DNA from: Deltaproteobacteria bacterium
Lineage (GTDB): Bacteria; Desulfobacterota; Desulfobaccia; Desulfobaccales; 0-14-0-80-60-11
DNA length: 64,000 nucleotides
Direction of reading: 5' to 3'
NCBI GenBank assembly: GCA_003599195.1
Contig: QZIZ01000066.1
Coordinates: 1,961 to 65,960, forward strand
How positions within the stretch are numbered: the first letter of the stretch is position 1; the number at the start of each line of letters is the position of its first letter. Of the stretch, positions 17,668 to 26,831 are shown in pieces. The translations under genes were made by a program, and so were the position numbers. The notes under the pieces are model-generated. The model was not told where the DNA came from, searched no databases, and saw nothing but the letters and a program-made list of their open reading frames with translations.

Positions 17668-18594
17668 ATGCGTATTGCTCTGATCGGTCAGGCGGTTTTC
17701 GGCGCGGAGGTGTTAAAGGGTTTATTGTCCCAAGGCCAGGAGGTGGCGGGGGTTTTCTGCCCGCCGGATCGGAAGGGCAAGGCCGATCCCTTGAAGGAAG
17801 CGGCGGTGGCGGCCGGCGTGCCGGTCTTTACGCCCAACCACATGCGGGACCAGGAAGCCTATGACGAAATGGCCAAGCTCAACGCCGACCTGGGGGTCCT
17901 GGCCTTCGTCACGGACATTGTGCCCCCCAGGGTCTTTAACGCTCCGAAGTTGGGCTCCATCTGCTACCACCCCTCCATCCTCCCCAAGTACCGGGGCGCA
18001 TCGGCCATCAACTGGGCGGTGATCAACGGCGAAACCGAGACCGGCTTCACCATCTTCTGGGTGGACGAAGGCATCGACACCGGGGATATCCTTCTCCAGA
18101 AAAAGGTGGAGGTGGGCCCGGACGAAACCACGGGCGCGGTCTATTTCGACAAGCTCTTTCCTTTAGGAGTGCAGGGAACCGTGGAGGCGGTGGCCCTGGT
18201 GGCCCAGGGCAAGGCCCCCCGCATCCCTCAGGATCACTCCAAAGGCACCTACGATCCCCCTTGCGATGAGAAAGTGGCCGGATTGGATTGGAGCAAGCCC
18301 GGCCCACAGGTCTATAACTTTATTCGCGGCTGCGACCCGCAACCCGGGGCTACTACGACTTTCAGGGGCGAGAAAGTAAAATTCTATAATGCTAAATGCC
18401 TGAGGTTAATGCCGGACGCCATTCCGCGGCCCTCAGGAGAAATACTGGAAGTAAGCGATAAAGGAATAAACGTGGCTGTGAATGGGGGAGCGGTGTTCAT
18501 TACTCGATTCCGCACCAAAGAATTGGGAAAAGTTAAGGCCCCGGAGTTTATCGCGGCCATGAAGCCCGAGGTCGGGGAGCAGTTCGGGGGATAA
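17668..18594 (+). CDS. formyltransferase-family protein (Fmt-like; closest in feel to the N-terminal domain of 10-formyl-THF dehydrogenase)
   Basis: 'HPSILPKYRGASAINWAVINGETETGFTIFWVDEGIDTGDILLQ' is the formyl-transferase catalytic block (His and Asp present). Confidence 0.85.
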   Translation: MRIALIGQAVFGAEVLKGLLSQGQEVAGVFCPPDRKGKADPLKEAAVAAGVPVFTPNHMRDQEAYDEMAKLNADLGVLAFVTDIVPPRVFNAPKLGSICYHPSILPKYRGASAINWAVINGETETGFTIFWVDEGIDTGDILLQKKVEVGPDETTGAVYFDKLFPLGVQGTVEAVALVAQGKAPRIPQDHSKGTYDPPCDEKVAGLDWSKPGPQVYNFIRGCDPQPGATTTFRGEKVKFYNAKCLRLMPDAIPRPSGEILEVSDKGINVAVNGGAVFITRFRTKELGKVKAPEFIAAMKPEVGEQFGG

Positions 18595-18598
18595 TCTT

Positions 18599-18667
18599 AC
18601 TCTGCGCCCTCTGCGTCTCTGCGGTGAAAAATATTACCGCAGAGACGCAGAGGGCGCAGAGTTTTTG
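18599..18667 (+). terminator. strong intrinsic terminator built from CTCTGCG words
   Basis: A ~26-bp near-perfect stem, actctgcgccctctgcgtctctgcggt / accgcagagacgcagagggcgcagagt, followed by TTTTT, starting 5 nt after the stop. Confidence 0.8.
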
Positions 18668-18757
18668 AACTTGAACCTTAAACCCGTAATTTTGAACTTT
18701 TTCTCCCGCCGCCCGATATAATTGGCATCCCCTTTTATTTTTCCAGGAGGCCGAAAA

Positions 18758-19276
18758 ATGGAATTGCCCCAGGGCATGTCCCGGATCATGGAGGTGTCTA
18801 CTCAAAGCAGCTCTGCGGATTTGGACCGGGTGGGCGCGGCCCTGGCCGCGGCTAAAGACCAGGTGCGGGAAGCCCTCCAGGACCTGACCGGCGCGGCGAT
18901 GGAAGGCATTATCGAAAAGCTGGAAAACCGGGAGTCCTTAACCCCGGAAGAAAAGGATTACGTGCGCTCCTGGATCGTCGGCGACGCCGAGAGCTACCTC
19001 AGGGTGGAAAACCACCTCCAGGCCTGGCTCCGGGAATTTAAGGCCCTGCAGAGCGCGGTCCGGAGCTATGAGGGGCAGGAAGTGTCGGCCCCAAATCTGC
19101 TGAATCTGCACGCCGTCCTCGAGGACGCGGTGCGGGTGGCCGCGGAGATCGAGGGTTTCCTGGAAAAAAAGGAAAGAATCGAGCGTTTCGAAAAAACCAT
19201 CCAAACCATCGACCAGGAAGGCGCTTCCTTCATCATCGGCATCCTTAAGGGCCAGTTGCAGTCCGAGGAGGTGTGA
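18758..19276 (+). CDS. hypothetical cytoplasmic helical protein
   Basis: AGGAGG lies 7 nt before the ATG at 18758. 172 aa, acidic and helical. No motif recognised. Confidence 0.6.
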   Translation: MELPQGMSRIMEVSTQSSSADLDRVGAALAAAKDQVREALQDLTGAAMEGIIEKLENRESLTPEEKDYVRSWIVGDAESYLRVENHLQAWLREFKALQSAVRSYEGQEVSAPNLLNLHAVLEDAVRVAAEIEGFLEKKERIERFEKTIQTIDQEGASFIIGILKGQLQSEEV

Positions 19277-19315
19277 AAAACGAGAAATGCTTAAGCAACA
19301 ATACGGAGGAGTAAC

Positions 19316-19765
19316 ATGAGCCCGACCTCCCGGGAATTATTAATGCAGCAATTCCGGACCACCAATTTTATCGGCCTGGCCATGATAGGATCGGTGTTCC
19401 TCTATGCCGGCCTGGTCCTGGGGATAAATCATGGATTAATACCCGTTAAAATACCCCGGACCTTACCCGCCGACACGGCAAATATTGTAAAATATATCCT
19501 GCTGTTCGTATCCATACTCCATTATTTTATTATCAAATTTTTTCAAAAAGTAGCCGGCAAGGCGGCGAACCGGCTTCCGGCGGGAGCGATTCTCACTTTC
19601 GCCTTAAGTGAAGCGGTGGGCGTTTACGGCCTGGTGCTCTTTCTCTTGAGCGGAAACGCCAATGACTTCTTTATCTTTATGGCCGTTTCCCTCTTTTATT
19701 TCTATATCTTTTATCCCAAGTATACGGATTGGGAAAGATTATGGAAAAAAAATGAATTCGAATGA
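19316..19765 (+). CDS. hypothetical membrane protein (4 TM)
   Basis: GGAGGAG SD, hydrophobic segments. No motif recognised. Confidence 0.6.
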   Translation: MSPTSRELLMQQFRTTNFIGLAMIGSVFLYAGLVLGINHGLIPVKIPRTLPADTANIVKYILLFVSILHYFIIKFFQKVAGKAANRLPAGAILTFALSEAVGVYGLVLFLLSGNANDFFIFMAVSLFYFYIFYPKYTDWERLWKKNEFE

Positions 19766-20816
19766 AATCTCTTTACAGCAACAATTAGCAAAATTTGAGG
19801 CAATTTATTGCTCTGGTATGTTTATTCCTGAACCGGCTATTGTAACAGCAATGGCTCTTTTATTCGAAAAAACACATCTATTAAACAATCTTGATTTAGT
19901 AATAAATTTGAGCCGATTTTTCCAATTGAATTCACCATTATTAAATAAAGATAATGTCGATATCGAATATAAATTAGAAGCTCCACACTATTTGAGAGAT
20001 TTTCTTTCACTTAGCAAAGAGCAAGCAATATCGTTCCTGGTTTATTGCCGATTAGGATATAATTTCTTCAAAAAATATTCACTTCTTTTTTCTGAGGTGT
20101 TTTCTTATAGTTTTCTCCCTTGTGAGATTGAGAATTTTTTTAATTTTGAGGAAAGAGAAAATGGTAGTAATTTTATTTCTTTGAAGTTAGAGATTAATAA
20201 TAGCTGTATAGATGATATGAATCGTCTCACGATGGAAGGTAAAGTTCCTGTAATCTACAATATTATTCCTCATGAAATTATTTCGGCAGATCAACATCAA
20301 AAATCAGAATTCTCCGCAAAACAAATAGCTGCAATGTTAGCTTTAAAATCGGTTGCCATTATTCTCCCCGCTACCAAGGCGGCAGAACCTGAGACAATTC
20401 TTGAAGCGAGATTTAAACTTAAGGATCATCTTCCGCCTTTTTGGTCTTCAATGTTAAAATTGTCTGAAGAACTCAGAAAAAAATTAGGGGAGAAAGGAAG
20501 TGAGTTAAGACTTCAGAGGGAAGTAGATAATGCTGTAGATACTATAGTAAGACCTGCTCTTATTGATTTGATAAATAAACTGGAAAAAGAAAGAAAAAAT
20601 TGGTTTTTTAAGATACTTTCCCCAGTCACAAAAGGACTTCGAGTTATAGTCGGAAACCCACCAGTCTCAACTGCAGAATTAATTTCAACATCTTTAAAAC
20701 TTAGCTCAGATATTGCATTTGATGTTTCAGACCAAATACGCAAGGTAAATGCTCTCAAGCAAGAATCAGGATTAACATATCTGCTGGAATTACATAAAAG
20801 GATTTCTAATAGATAA
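19752..20816 (+). CDS. AT-rich orphan protein (354 aa), unknown function
   Basis: Uninterrupted ORF in a block where sampled 60-nt lines are about 23-38% GC, against 60-70% in the flanks. It overlaps the upstream gene by 14 nt and ends 27 nt before the next gene. Confidence 0.6.
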   Translation: MNSNEISLQQQLAKFEAIYCSGMFIPEPAIVTAMALLFEKTHLLNNLDLVINLSRFFQLNSPLLNKDNVDIEYKLEAPHYLRDFLSLSKEQAISFLVYCRLGYNFFKKYSLLFSEVFSYSFLPCEIENFFNFEERENGSNFISLKLEINNSCIDDMNRLTMEGKVPVIYNIIPHEIISADQHQKSEFSAKQIAAMLALKSVAIILPATKAAEPETILEARFKLKDHLPPFWSSMLKLSEELRKKLGEKGSELRLQREVDNAVDTIVRPALIDLINKLEKERKNWFFKILSPVTKGLRVIVGNPPVSTAELISTSLKLSSDIAFDVSDQIRKVNALKQESGLTYLLELHKRISNR

Positions 20817-20843
20817 TATTTATCTATCTTTATAATATCAATC

Positions 20844-21692
20844 ATGAAAAACATCGGCATCTTCTACCACCCTTCCTTCAGCCGCAAGAGCTACATGACT
20901 ATCGGCAACCGCCTTAAGGACTTCCCCGAGGCCCTGGATGAGCTCTTGAAAAAGCCCAACGTGCGCCTCTATGAGTCTCCCCGGGTCTCGGAGGAGCTGA
21001 TCCTCAAGGTCCACTCCCCGGAAATCATCCCCATGGTGGCCCGGGACGGCTTCTGCTCCACGGCTTATGAATCCGCGGGCGGCGTGGTCGCGGCCATGGA
21101 GGCCCTGGCCCAAGGCGGGATCGACCGGGCTTTCTGCTTTATCGGCGCGGGCGGCCATCACTCGGGGTACCGCCAGTTCTGGGGGGCCTGCTGTTTTAAC
21201 GACGTGGTCCTGGCCCTGACCCGGGTCCGGGAGGTCAGCTCCTGGCGCCGCGTAGCCATCGTGGACACCGACGCCCACCACGGGGACGGCACCCGGCAGT
21301 TGGTCCAAAATGACCCGGAGGTGCTCCACCTCTGCTTCTGCGGCGACGACTACCTCTCCGCGGACGGCACCAAGATCGACGTAGATGTCTACCGCCACGC
21401 CTACACCGGGGATCCGGACGCCAAATATGTAGATGCAGTGCGGCGGCACCTGCCCCTGATTCCCCCCTTTAAACCCGACCTGCTGCTGTGGTACTACGGC
21501 TTCGACACCCACGCCGACGACTACGGCTCTTTGGGGTTGGGCCTGGACCCGTATTTTCAGATCTGTGATCTGATGATCAAGGCCGCGGAGGAGATGAACG
21601 TCCCCCTGCAAGTGGTCCTGGGAGGCGGTTCTTTGTCTTATCTGGCCGCCCGCACCATCCCCGAGATCATCCGGCGGTTGGCGGAGACGTAG
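20844..21692 (+). CDS. histone deacetylase-family (arginase/deacetylase superfamily) protein
   Basis: 'GAGGHHSG' and 'VDTDAHHGDGT' metal/catalytic blocks. Confidence 0.85.
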   Translation: MKNIGIFYHPSFSRKSYMTIGNRLKDFPEALDELLKKPNVRLYESPRVSEELILKVHSPEIIPMVARDGFCSTAYESAGGVVAAMEALAQGGIDRAFCFIGAGGHHSGYRQFWGACCFNDVVLALTRVREVSSWRRVAIVDTDAHHGDGTRQLVQNDPEVLHLCFCGDDYLSADGTKIDVDVYRHAYTGDPDAKYVDAVRRHLPLIPPFKPDLLLWYYGFDTHADDYGSLGLGLDPYFQICDLMIKAAEEMNVPLQVVLGGGSLSYLAARTIPEIIRRLAET

Positions 21693-22488
21693 TTCAGGGG
21701 TCAGGGGCCAGGGGTTAGGGGCGATACGGTTCACTTAAGCATTATTGAGAATTTGGCGGATAAGCACTTCGGCGTAGTTTAGGGTTCAGGGTTAGGAAAG
21801 GGGTAGTGAATCCGGTTAGATTAGAGCAGTTCCTCATGAGCCATATGGCCCACCCGTAAAGCATGAAAAGCTGGTCCCCCCTCACCCCGGCCCTCTCCCC
21901 CCGCCAGTTAGCGCCAGGGGTAATAGGAGACTCGTTGGGCGGGGGGAGAGGGAGTAACCCCTTGGCACTCCATGGTTTTTACTGGCCACTGACCACTGGC
22001 CACTGACCACTTTTCAGGTGCAGGAGAACGGGCTTAAATGAAGGGCTTTCCTTCATTTGACAAATTCTGTGACTTGGCGGATGAGATCATCCGCCGCATA
22101 CCGGAGATCTATAAACAAGGAATTTCCGGGATCTTTGTGACCCCCGAGGAAGTTCAGGACGAGGAAATCCCGGAAGTCTATATCTTGGGGCATTACAATC
22201 ACGGCGGCTATCTTGAACCCACGATAGATATTTACTACGGCTCTTTTCGCCGGGTGTTCCGGGGTTCGCCCCTGGCCGAGATCAGAGAGGAATTATGGGA
22301 AACCATCACCCATGAAATCAGGCACCATTTGGAAGAAAATGCCGGCCTGCGCAACCTGGAGTTATTTGACCAGGAGCTAAGAGATTACTTTCGTTTGAAC
22401 AAATGAGAACCTACGAAGATGAGCCGCAAACCTGCCATCCGGCTCCTGCCTCCTGGCACCTGATCCCTGGCCCCTGGCCCCACCCCTG
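21692..22488. repeat. long-range inverted repeat (CAGGGGT/CAGGGGC words) bracketing the zincin-like gene, with nested repeats
   Basis: gttcaggggtcaggggccaggggttagggg (21692-21721) pairs with cctgatccctggcccctggccccacccctg (22459-22488). Inside are a GC-rich palindrome (21875-21961) and an ACTGGCC/ACTGACC word array (21981-22010). Confidence 0.6.
22038..22406 (+). CDS. small zincin-like metallopeptidase-family protein
   Basis: HExxH in 'ITHEIRHHLEENAG'. Size and layout resemble the Zincin_1 (DUF1025) family. Confidence 0.65.
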   Translation: MKGFPSFDKFCDLADEIIRRIPEIYKQGISGIFVTPEEVQDEEIPEVYILGHYNHGGYLEPTIDIYYGSFRRVFRGSPLAEIREELWETITHEIRHHLEENAGLRNLELFDQELRDYFRLNK

Positions 22489-22494
22489 CTCCCC

Positions 22495-22974
22495 CTACCC
22501 TGCCGGCACTAACACCAAATCAAAGGTCCCCTGCTTCTCGCCCTTCCGGGGGTAATGCTGGGTCACCAGGTCCCGGAAACCCGGCGCGGTCACCTTCACA
22601 TGGATATGGGGCGGCCGGAAGGTGTATTTGGGCGGGAAATTGCTCTCAAAGCGGTAGGCCCCGGACTTATCCGCCAAGACCGCGGCCCGGTGGGCGTCGT
22701 CGTAGTTACCGTCCGGCCCCGCCAGCCAGAATTCGATTTTGGCCCCGGGGATGGCCGCGCAGTCCCGGGCCGATTTCACCACCCCCTCGAGCACGTAGCC
22801 CTTGTCGACACTCGAGCGCACCGGGGCATTGGGCTTATAGAAAGGCCCCAGGGCATCCTCTTTGGTGGGGGGGCACTGCCACTCGGGCGCGGCCGCGGCG
22901 GCGACCACCGCGCCAGAAACAAACAGGGCCAGCAGCAACAACGCCGCGTAAAATGAATCGGTAACCATTTTCAT
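22495..22974 (-). CDS. exported intradiol ring-cleavage dioxygenase-family protein
   Basis: 'IEFWLAGPDGNYDD', 'GAYRFESNFPPKY' and 'RPPHIHVKV' blocks. Hydrophobic signal sequence. The start was trimmed out of the word repeat. Confidence 0.75.
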   Translation of the reverse strand: MKMVTDSFYAALLLLALFVSGAVVAAAAAPEWQCPPTKEDALGPFYKPNAPVRSSVDKGYVLEGVVKSARDCAAIPGAKIEFWLAGPDGNYDDAHRAAVLADKSGAYRFESNFPPKYTFRPPHIHVKVTAPGFRDLVTQHYPRKGEKQGTFDLVLVPAG

Positions 22975-22989
22975 CCGTCCTTCCCCTTT

Positions 22990-23270
22990 AAAAGTTCCAA
23001 GTTCCAGGTTCCAAGTTCCAGGTTCCAAGTTCCAAGTTAAATGATTTTCTGCCGGGAACCTTCATAATCTGTGGGCGCGCCGGCTGCTTGAGCATGCAGG
23101 GATCGGAAAATCTCTCTGGGGTTAAGTTAAGTATTCGTTGCCTGGAGGCAAGTTTCCTTGAATTGACAATTATTTCCCCGGCCTTAACTTAAGGCTGTTA
23201 CCCAGCAGGCAATCCCGGGGCCGGATAGGTTCACTGCGGCGCCTAGATCCCAAGAACTTGGAACTTTTGG
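22990..23270. repeat. GTTCCA-word inverted repeat enclosing ~200 nt
   Basis: aaagttccaagttccaggttccaagttccaggttccaagttccaagtt (22990-23038) pairs with cccaagaacttggaacttttgg (23249-23270). Confidence 0.55.
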
Positions 23271-23281
23271 AGAGTCAGACC

Positions 23282-23821
23282 ATGGCTAAATGGAATATCA
23301 ACGCCAACCATAGTTCCGTTGCCTTCGAGGTGCGCCACATGATGGTCTCCTGGGTGCACGGCCTGTTCACCAAGGTCACGGGTATTCTCGATTTCGACCC
23401 CCTCGAAGTGGAGCAGGCCGCGGTGGAAGTGGAGATCGACGCCCGCTCCATTTACACCGGGTTGGAGCAGCGGGACCGGCATCTTAAAAGCGAGGATTTC
23501 CTGGAGGCGGAAAAGTACCCGGCCATCGCCTTTAAAAGCAACCGGGTGGAGTTGGCCGGCCTGGACCATGCTTACGTCCACGGCGGCCTGACCATCCGGG
23601 GGGTAACCCGGCCGGTGGTGCTGGACGCTCACTGGGCCGGACCTTCCCTTTTTGACGACGACGGCAAGATTTACACCAGCTTCGGTTTCCGGGCCGCTAC
23701 CGTGATTAACCGCGAAGATTTCGGCATGATCTTTAACATGGAGATGGAGCACGGCGGGTTCATGATCGGCAAGCAGGTCCATCTCACTCTGAATGCGGAG
23801 GTCGATCTGCTAGAGGAGTGA
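23282..23821 (+). CDS. YceI-family (polyisoprenoid-binding-like) protein
   Basis: 'WNINANHSSVAFEVRHMMVSWVHGLFTKVTG' and 'LTIRGVTRPVVL' are typical YceI blocks. Confidence 0.85.
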   Translation: MAKWNINANHSSVAFEVRHMMVSWVHGLFTKVTGILDFDPLEVEQAAVEVEIDARSIYTGLEQRDRHLKSEDFLEAEKYPAIAFKSNRVELAGLDHAYVHGGLTIRGVTRPVVLDAHWAGPSLFDDDGKIYTSFGFRAATVINREDFGMIFNMEMEHGGFMIGKQVHLTLNAEVDLLEE

Positions 23822-24065
23822 TAATACTGTTTTCTGTTCCCTGTTTTCTGCAAAAGCCCTGGTCTGATTTGCCGCCTGGGAAATTCCCTGATCCTTTGCA
23901 AATCGTTGCCTTCCGGCAATTTTTCCTTTATAATTAAAATATTAAGTTCTTAATGAGATTCGACTGTCTGACCGGTTCAAATTCCATAAAGAAAAATATT
24001 AAAGAAGACCTAAAGGCCATGAGGCTGCCTGCAGCCTGAAAATGGCATGATAGATTGAGATAGCG

Positions 24066-25139
24066 ATGTTTCTGACCAAACTGGAACAACTGGAACAACA
24101 ATTCGGGGACCTGGAGCGGCAACTGGCCGATCCCGAGATCATCCGCAACCAGGAAGAGTATCAGAAGCGCCGCAAGGAACACGCGGACCTGACTCCCCTG
24201 ATCCAAACCTTCCGCCGCTACCGCCAGGTGCAGAAGGAATTGGCCGACAGCCAGGCCCTGCTGAAAGAGGAGGCGGACGAGGAGCTGAAGGCCCTGGCCC
24301 GGGAGGAGATCGAATCCCTGAAGGAACAGGCCGCAAACCTGGAGGAAGAGCTGCGCCTGCTCTTGCTTCCCAAGGACCCCAATGACGAGAAAAACGTCCT
24401 CCTGGAGATCCGCGCCGGCACCGGCGGCGAGGAGGCCGGGCTCTTTGCCGCGGACCTCTTCCGCATGTACAGCCGCCTGGCGGAGCGCCACCGCTGGAAA
24501 GTGGAAGTGCTGAGCCACTCCCCCACGGGCATCGGGGGCTTGAAGGAAATCATCGCCTCCATCTCCGGGGACCGGGTCTACAGCCAACTCAAGTATGAAA
24601 GCGGGGTGCACCGGGTGCAACGGGTGCCGGTCACCGAATCCCAGGGCCGGATCCATACTTCCGCGGTCACCGTGGCCATCCTCCCTGAAGCCGAGGAAGT
24701 GGACGTGCAGATCAACCCGGAAGAACTGCGCATCGACGTCTTTAGATCTTCCGGTCCCGGAGGCCAGAGCGTGAACACCACGGATTCCGCGGTGCGGGTC
24801 ACCCACGTGCCCAGCGGGCTGGTGGTTATCTGCCAGGACGAAAAATCCCAACACAAGAACAAGGCCAAGGCCTTAAAAGTCCTCCGGGCCCGGCTCCTGG
24901 ACCTCAAGGAGCAGGAGCAGCACCAGCAGATCGCCAAGGAGCGCAAGACCCAGGTGGGCACGGGCGACCGCAGCGAACGCATCCGCACCTACAATTTCCC
25001 CCAGAGCCGCATCACCGACCACCGCATCGGCTTCAGTTACCACGGCCTGAAGATGGAAGCCGCCCTGGACGGAGAGCTGGACGAACTCATCCGGGCCTTG
25101 ACCACCCATTACCGCACCCTGGCGCTGCAACAGGCGTGA
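24066..25139 (+). CDS. prfA: peptide chain release factor 1
   Basis: '[14 protein letters not shown]' (PxT anticodon-like tripeptide) and '[19 protein letters not shown]' (GGQ). Confidence 0.95.
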   Translation: MFLTKLEQLEQQFGDLERQLADPEIIRNQEEYQKRRKEHADLTPLIQTFRRYRQVQKELADSQALLKEEADEELKALAREEIESLKEQAANLEEELRLLLLPKDPNDEKNVLLEIRAGTGGEEAGLFAADLFRMYSRLAERHRWKVEVLSHSPTGIGGLKEIIASISGDRVYSQLKYESGVHRVQRVPVTESQGRIHTSAVTVAILPEAEEVDVQINPEELRIDVFRSSGPGGQSVNTTDSAVRVTHVPSGLVVICQDEKSQHKNKAKALKVLRARLLDLKEQEQHQQIAKERKTQVGTGDRSERIRTYNFPQSRITDHRIGFSYHGLKMEAALDGELDELIRALTTHYRTLALQQA

Positions 25140-25233
25140 TGCGGTTTTCGCTTTTCGCTATTCGCTATTCGCTTTGAGATTCCATTATTTTCATTGGATT
25201 ACATTTGTTGCATTCGAAAGTGAATTGATATAA

Positions 25234-26136
25234 ATGTCCGTCCCTCCCCCAGACACCTGGACTATCATGGCGGTCCTTAAGTGGACCACCGATTATTTCC
25301 AGGAAAAGGGGGTGTCCGAACCCCGGGCCTCCGCGGAAGTGCTTCTGGCCCACGTCCTCAATCTCAGCCGTCTGGACCTGTACTTGCGCTATGACCAGCC
25401 CCTTACCCCGGAGGAGTTGGCCCGGTTCAAGGCCCTGGTGGTGCGTCGCCGGGCCGGGGAGCCCACGGCCTATCTCACCGGCCGCAAGGAATTCTGGTCC
25501 CTGGATTTCCTGGTCACCCCCGCGGTCCTGATCCCCCGCCCGGAAACGGAAACGCTGATTGAGTCAGTCCTTGAAGTCTTTAAACAAGAAACCGAAAACC
25601 GAAAACCGAAAACCGGTAACCTGTGTTTAGAAGTGGGGGTGGGCTCCGGCGCCATCATCATCACCCTGGCCCGGGAACTGCCGCACACCCGGTGGGTGGG
25701 CGTGGACATTTCCGGGCCGGCCCTGGCAGTGGCCCGGGAGAATGCCCGGCGGCACGGGGTGGCGGAGCGAATTAATTTCCTCCATGGTAACCTGCTGGCC
25801 GCGCTCAAACCAGGGCTCCGGTTTGCTCTGCTGGCGGCCAATCTCCCCTATGTGCCCAGGCCGGTTTGGGAGGAACTGCCTAAAGATATCAAGGAATATG
25901 AACCCCGGGAAGCGCTGTTGGGCGGTGAAAACGGCCTGGACCTGATTAGGCCCCTGGCGCGGGCGGCTCCGGGCATCTTGCAGCCCGGCGGCTGGCTGGC
26001 GTTGGAGGTGGCCGATGGCCAGGCGCCCAAGGTCGCTGCATTGGTGGAGGAGACCGGAAAATTCGAGAATATCGAAAAATTCCCGGACTACCTGGGGGTG
26101 GAGCGGGTCGTCCGGGCCCGGCGGCTTGAGGGGTAA
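25234..26136 (+). CDS. prmC: release-factor glutamine N5-methyltransferase (PrmC/HemK)
   Basis: SAM motif 'LEVGVGSGAIIITLA' and 'ANLPYV' (NPPY-type). Immediately downstream of prfA. Confidence 0.9.
   Translation: MSVPPPDTWTIMAVLKWTTDYFQEKGVSEPRASAEVLLAHVLNLSRLDLYLRYDQPLTPEELARFKALVVRRRAGEPTAYLTGRKEFWSLDFLVTPAVLIPRPETETLIESVLEVFKQETENRKPKTGNLCLEVGVGSGAIIITLARELPHTRWVGVDISGPALAVARENARRHGVAERINFLHGNLLAALKPGLRFALLAANLPYVPRPVWEELPKDIKEYEPREALLGGENGLDLIRPLARAAPGILQPGGWLALEVADGQAPKVAALVEETGKFENIEKFPDYLGVERVVRARRLEG
25588..25616 (+). repeat. (GAAAACC)n word array inside prmC coding sequence
   Basis: gaaaccgaaaaccgaaaaccgaaaaccgg encodes 'ETENRKPKTG', just before the SAM-binding motif. Confidence 0.8.
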
Positions 26137-26150
26137 AAAGGAAAAGATTC

Positions 26151-26263
26151 ACCACGGAGACACAAAGAGCACAGAGAAACACAGAGTAAATATTTTAGCC
26201 CTGGCTGAAAGCCAGGGCTAAATTTTTCTCTGTGAATCTCTGTGTCCTCTGTGCCTCTGTGGT
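26151..26263. terminator. nested hairpin / bidirectional terminator between prmC and a convergent lipoprotein gene
   Basis: Outer arms of CACAGAG/CTCTGTG words (26151-26186 and 26228-26263). Inner hairpin tagccctggctgaaagccagggcta (26196-26220) is flanked by A/T runs on both sides. Confidence 0.65.
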
Positions 26264-26270
26264 AAATCTT

Positions 26271-26486
26271 TTAAAAAGTCGCCTCTTTTTTTAGGAAGAC
26301 CGCGCTGTCATCCTGCTTGTATGGATTGCGGTCCCAATTCTTCCAGCTTACGCCGCCATGGAACCGGAGGCGCTCCACCTGCCCGTCATCGTGCCGCAGT
26401 TCGTGGAAAATCCCGGAGCAACCGGTGGCTCCAAGCAAAACCAACAGCACCAGTCCCGGCGCCCATCTCCTCTTCCGGCTCTCCAT
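26271..26486 (-). CDS. small lipoprotein
   Basis: GGAGGA SD. 'LVLLVLLGATGCSG' is a signal peptide plus lipobox. Confidence 0.55.
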   Translation of the reverse strand: MESRKRRWAPGLVLLVLLGATGCSGIFHELRHDDGQVERLRFHGGVSWKNWDRNPYKQDDSAVFLKKEATF

Positions 26487-26831
26487 GCCTTCCTCCCCGT
26501 CCCCTTAAATATTGGACGCTTGGTGGAGGTTATTTGTTAAAGCCGGTTTGCGGCTTATTGCCTCCTTCTTGTTGCGGAGGCGGTTATTTTTCGCCACTCC
26601 ATGCCGGGAGGAGATTTGTTAAAACCGAAAAAGTAGCTGCAATCCTATGAAAATCCAGAGATGGATATGTTACCAAGCTTTTTCTTTAAAAAGCAACTTT
26701 TTATTCTCCAATAAGGGTTAAAAAAAGAGCATTATCAAGCATTGTCATGCTGGGCAAAGTGAAGAATGACAAATATTGCGTCTTTCTTTGCGACTTTGCG
26801 TCTTTGCGTGAGATCTTTTTTTCATAGTAGC

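Noticed and set aside
21692-22488. Word-bracketed gene units considered as integron cassettes with attC sites.
   Set aside because: There is no intI integrase, the arms lack the GTTRRRY core and R/L box organisation, and the brackets flank both sides of a gene rather than forming a single 3' attC.
22990-23038. Tandem word arrays considered as CRISPR arrays (also 25588-25616, 43013-43046, 45821-45851).
   Set aside because: The units are only 6-8 nt and directly abutting, with no 25-40-nt spacers. No cas genes are in the window.
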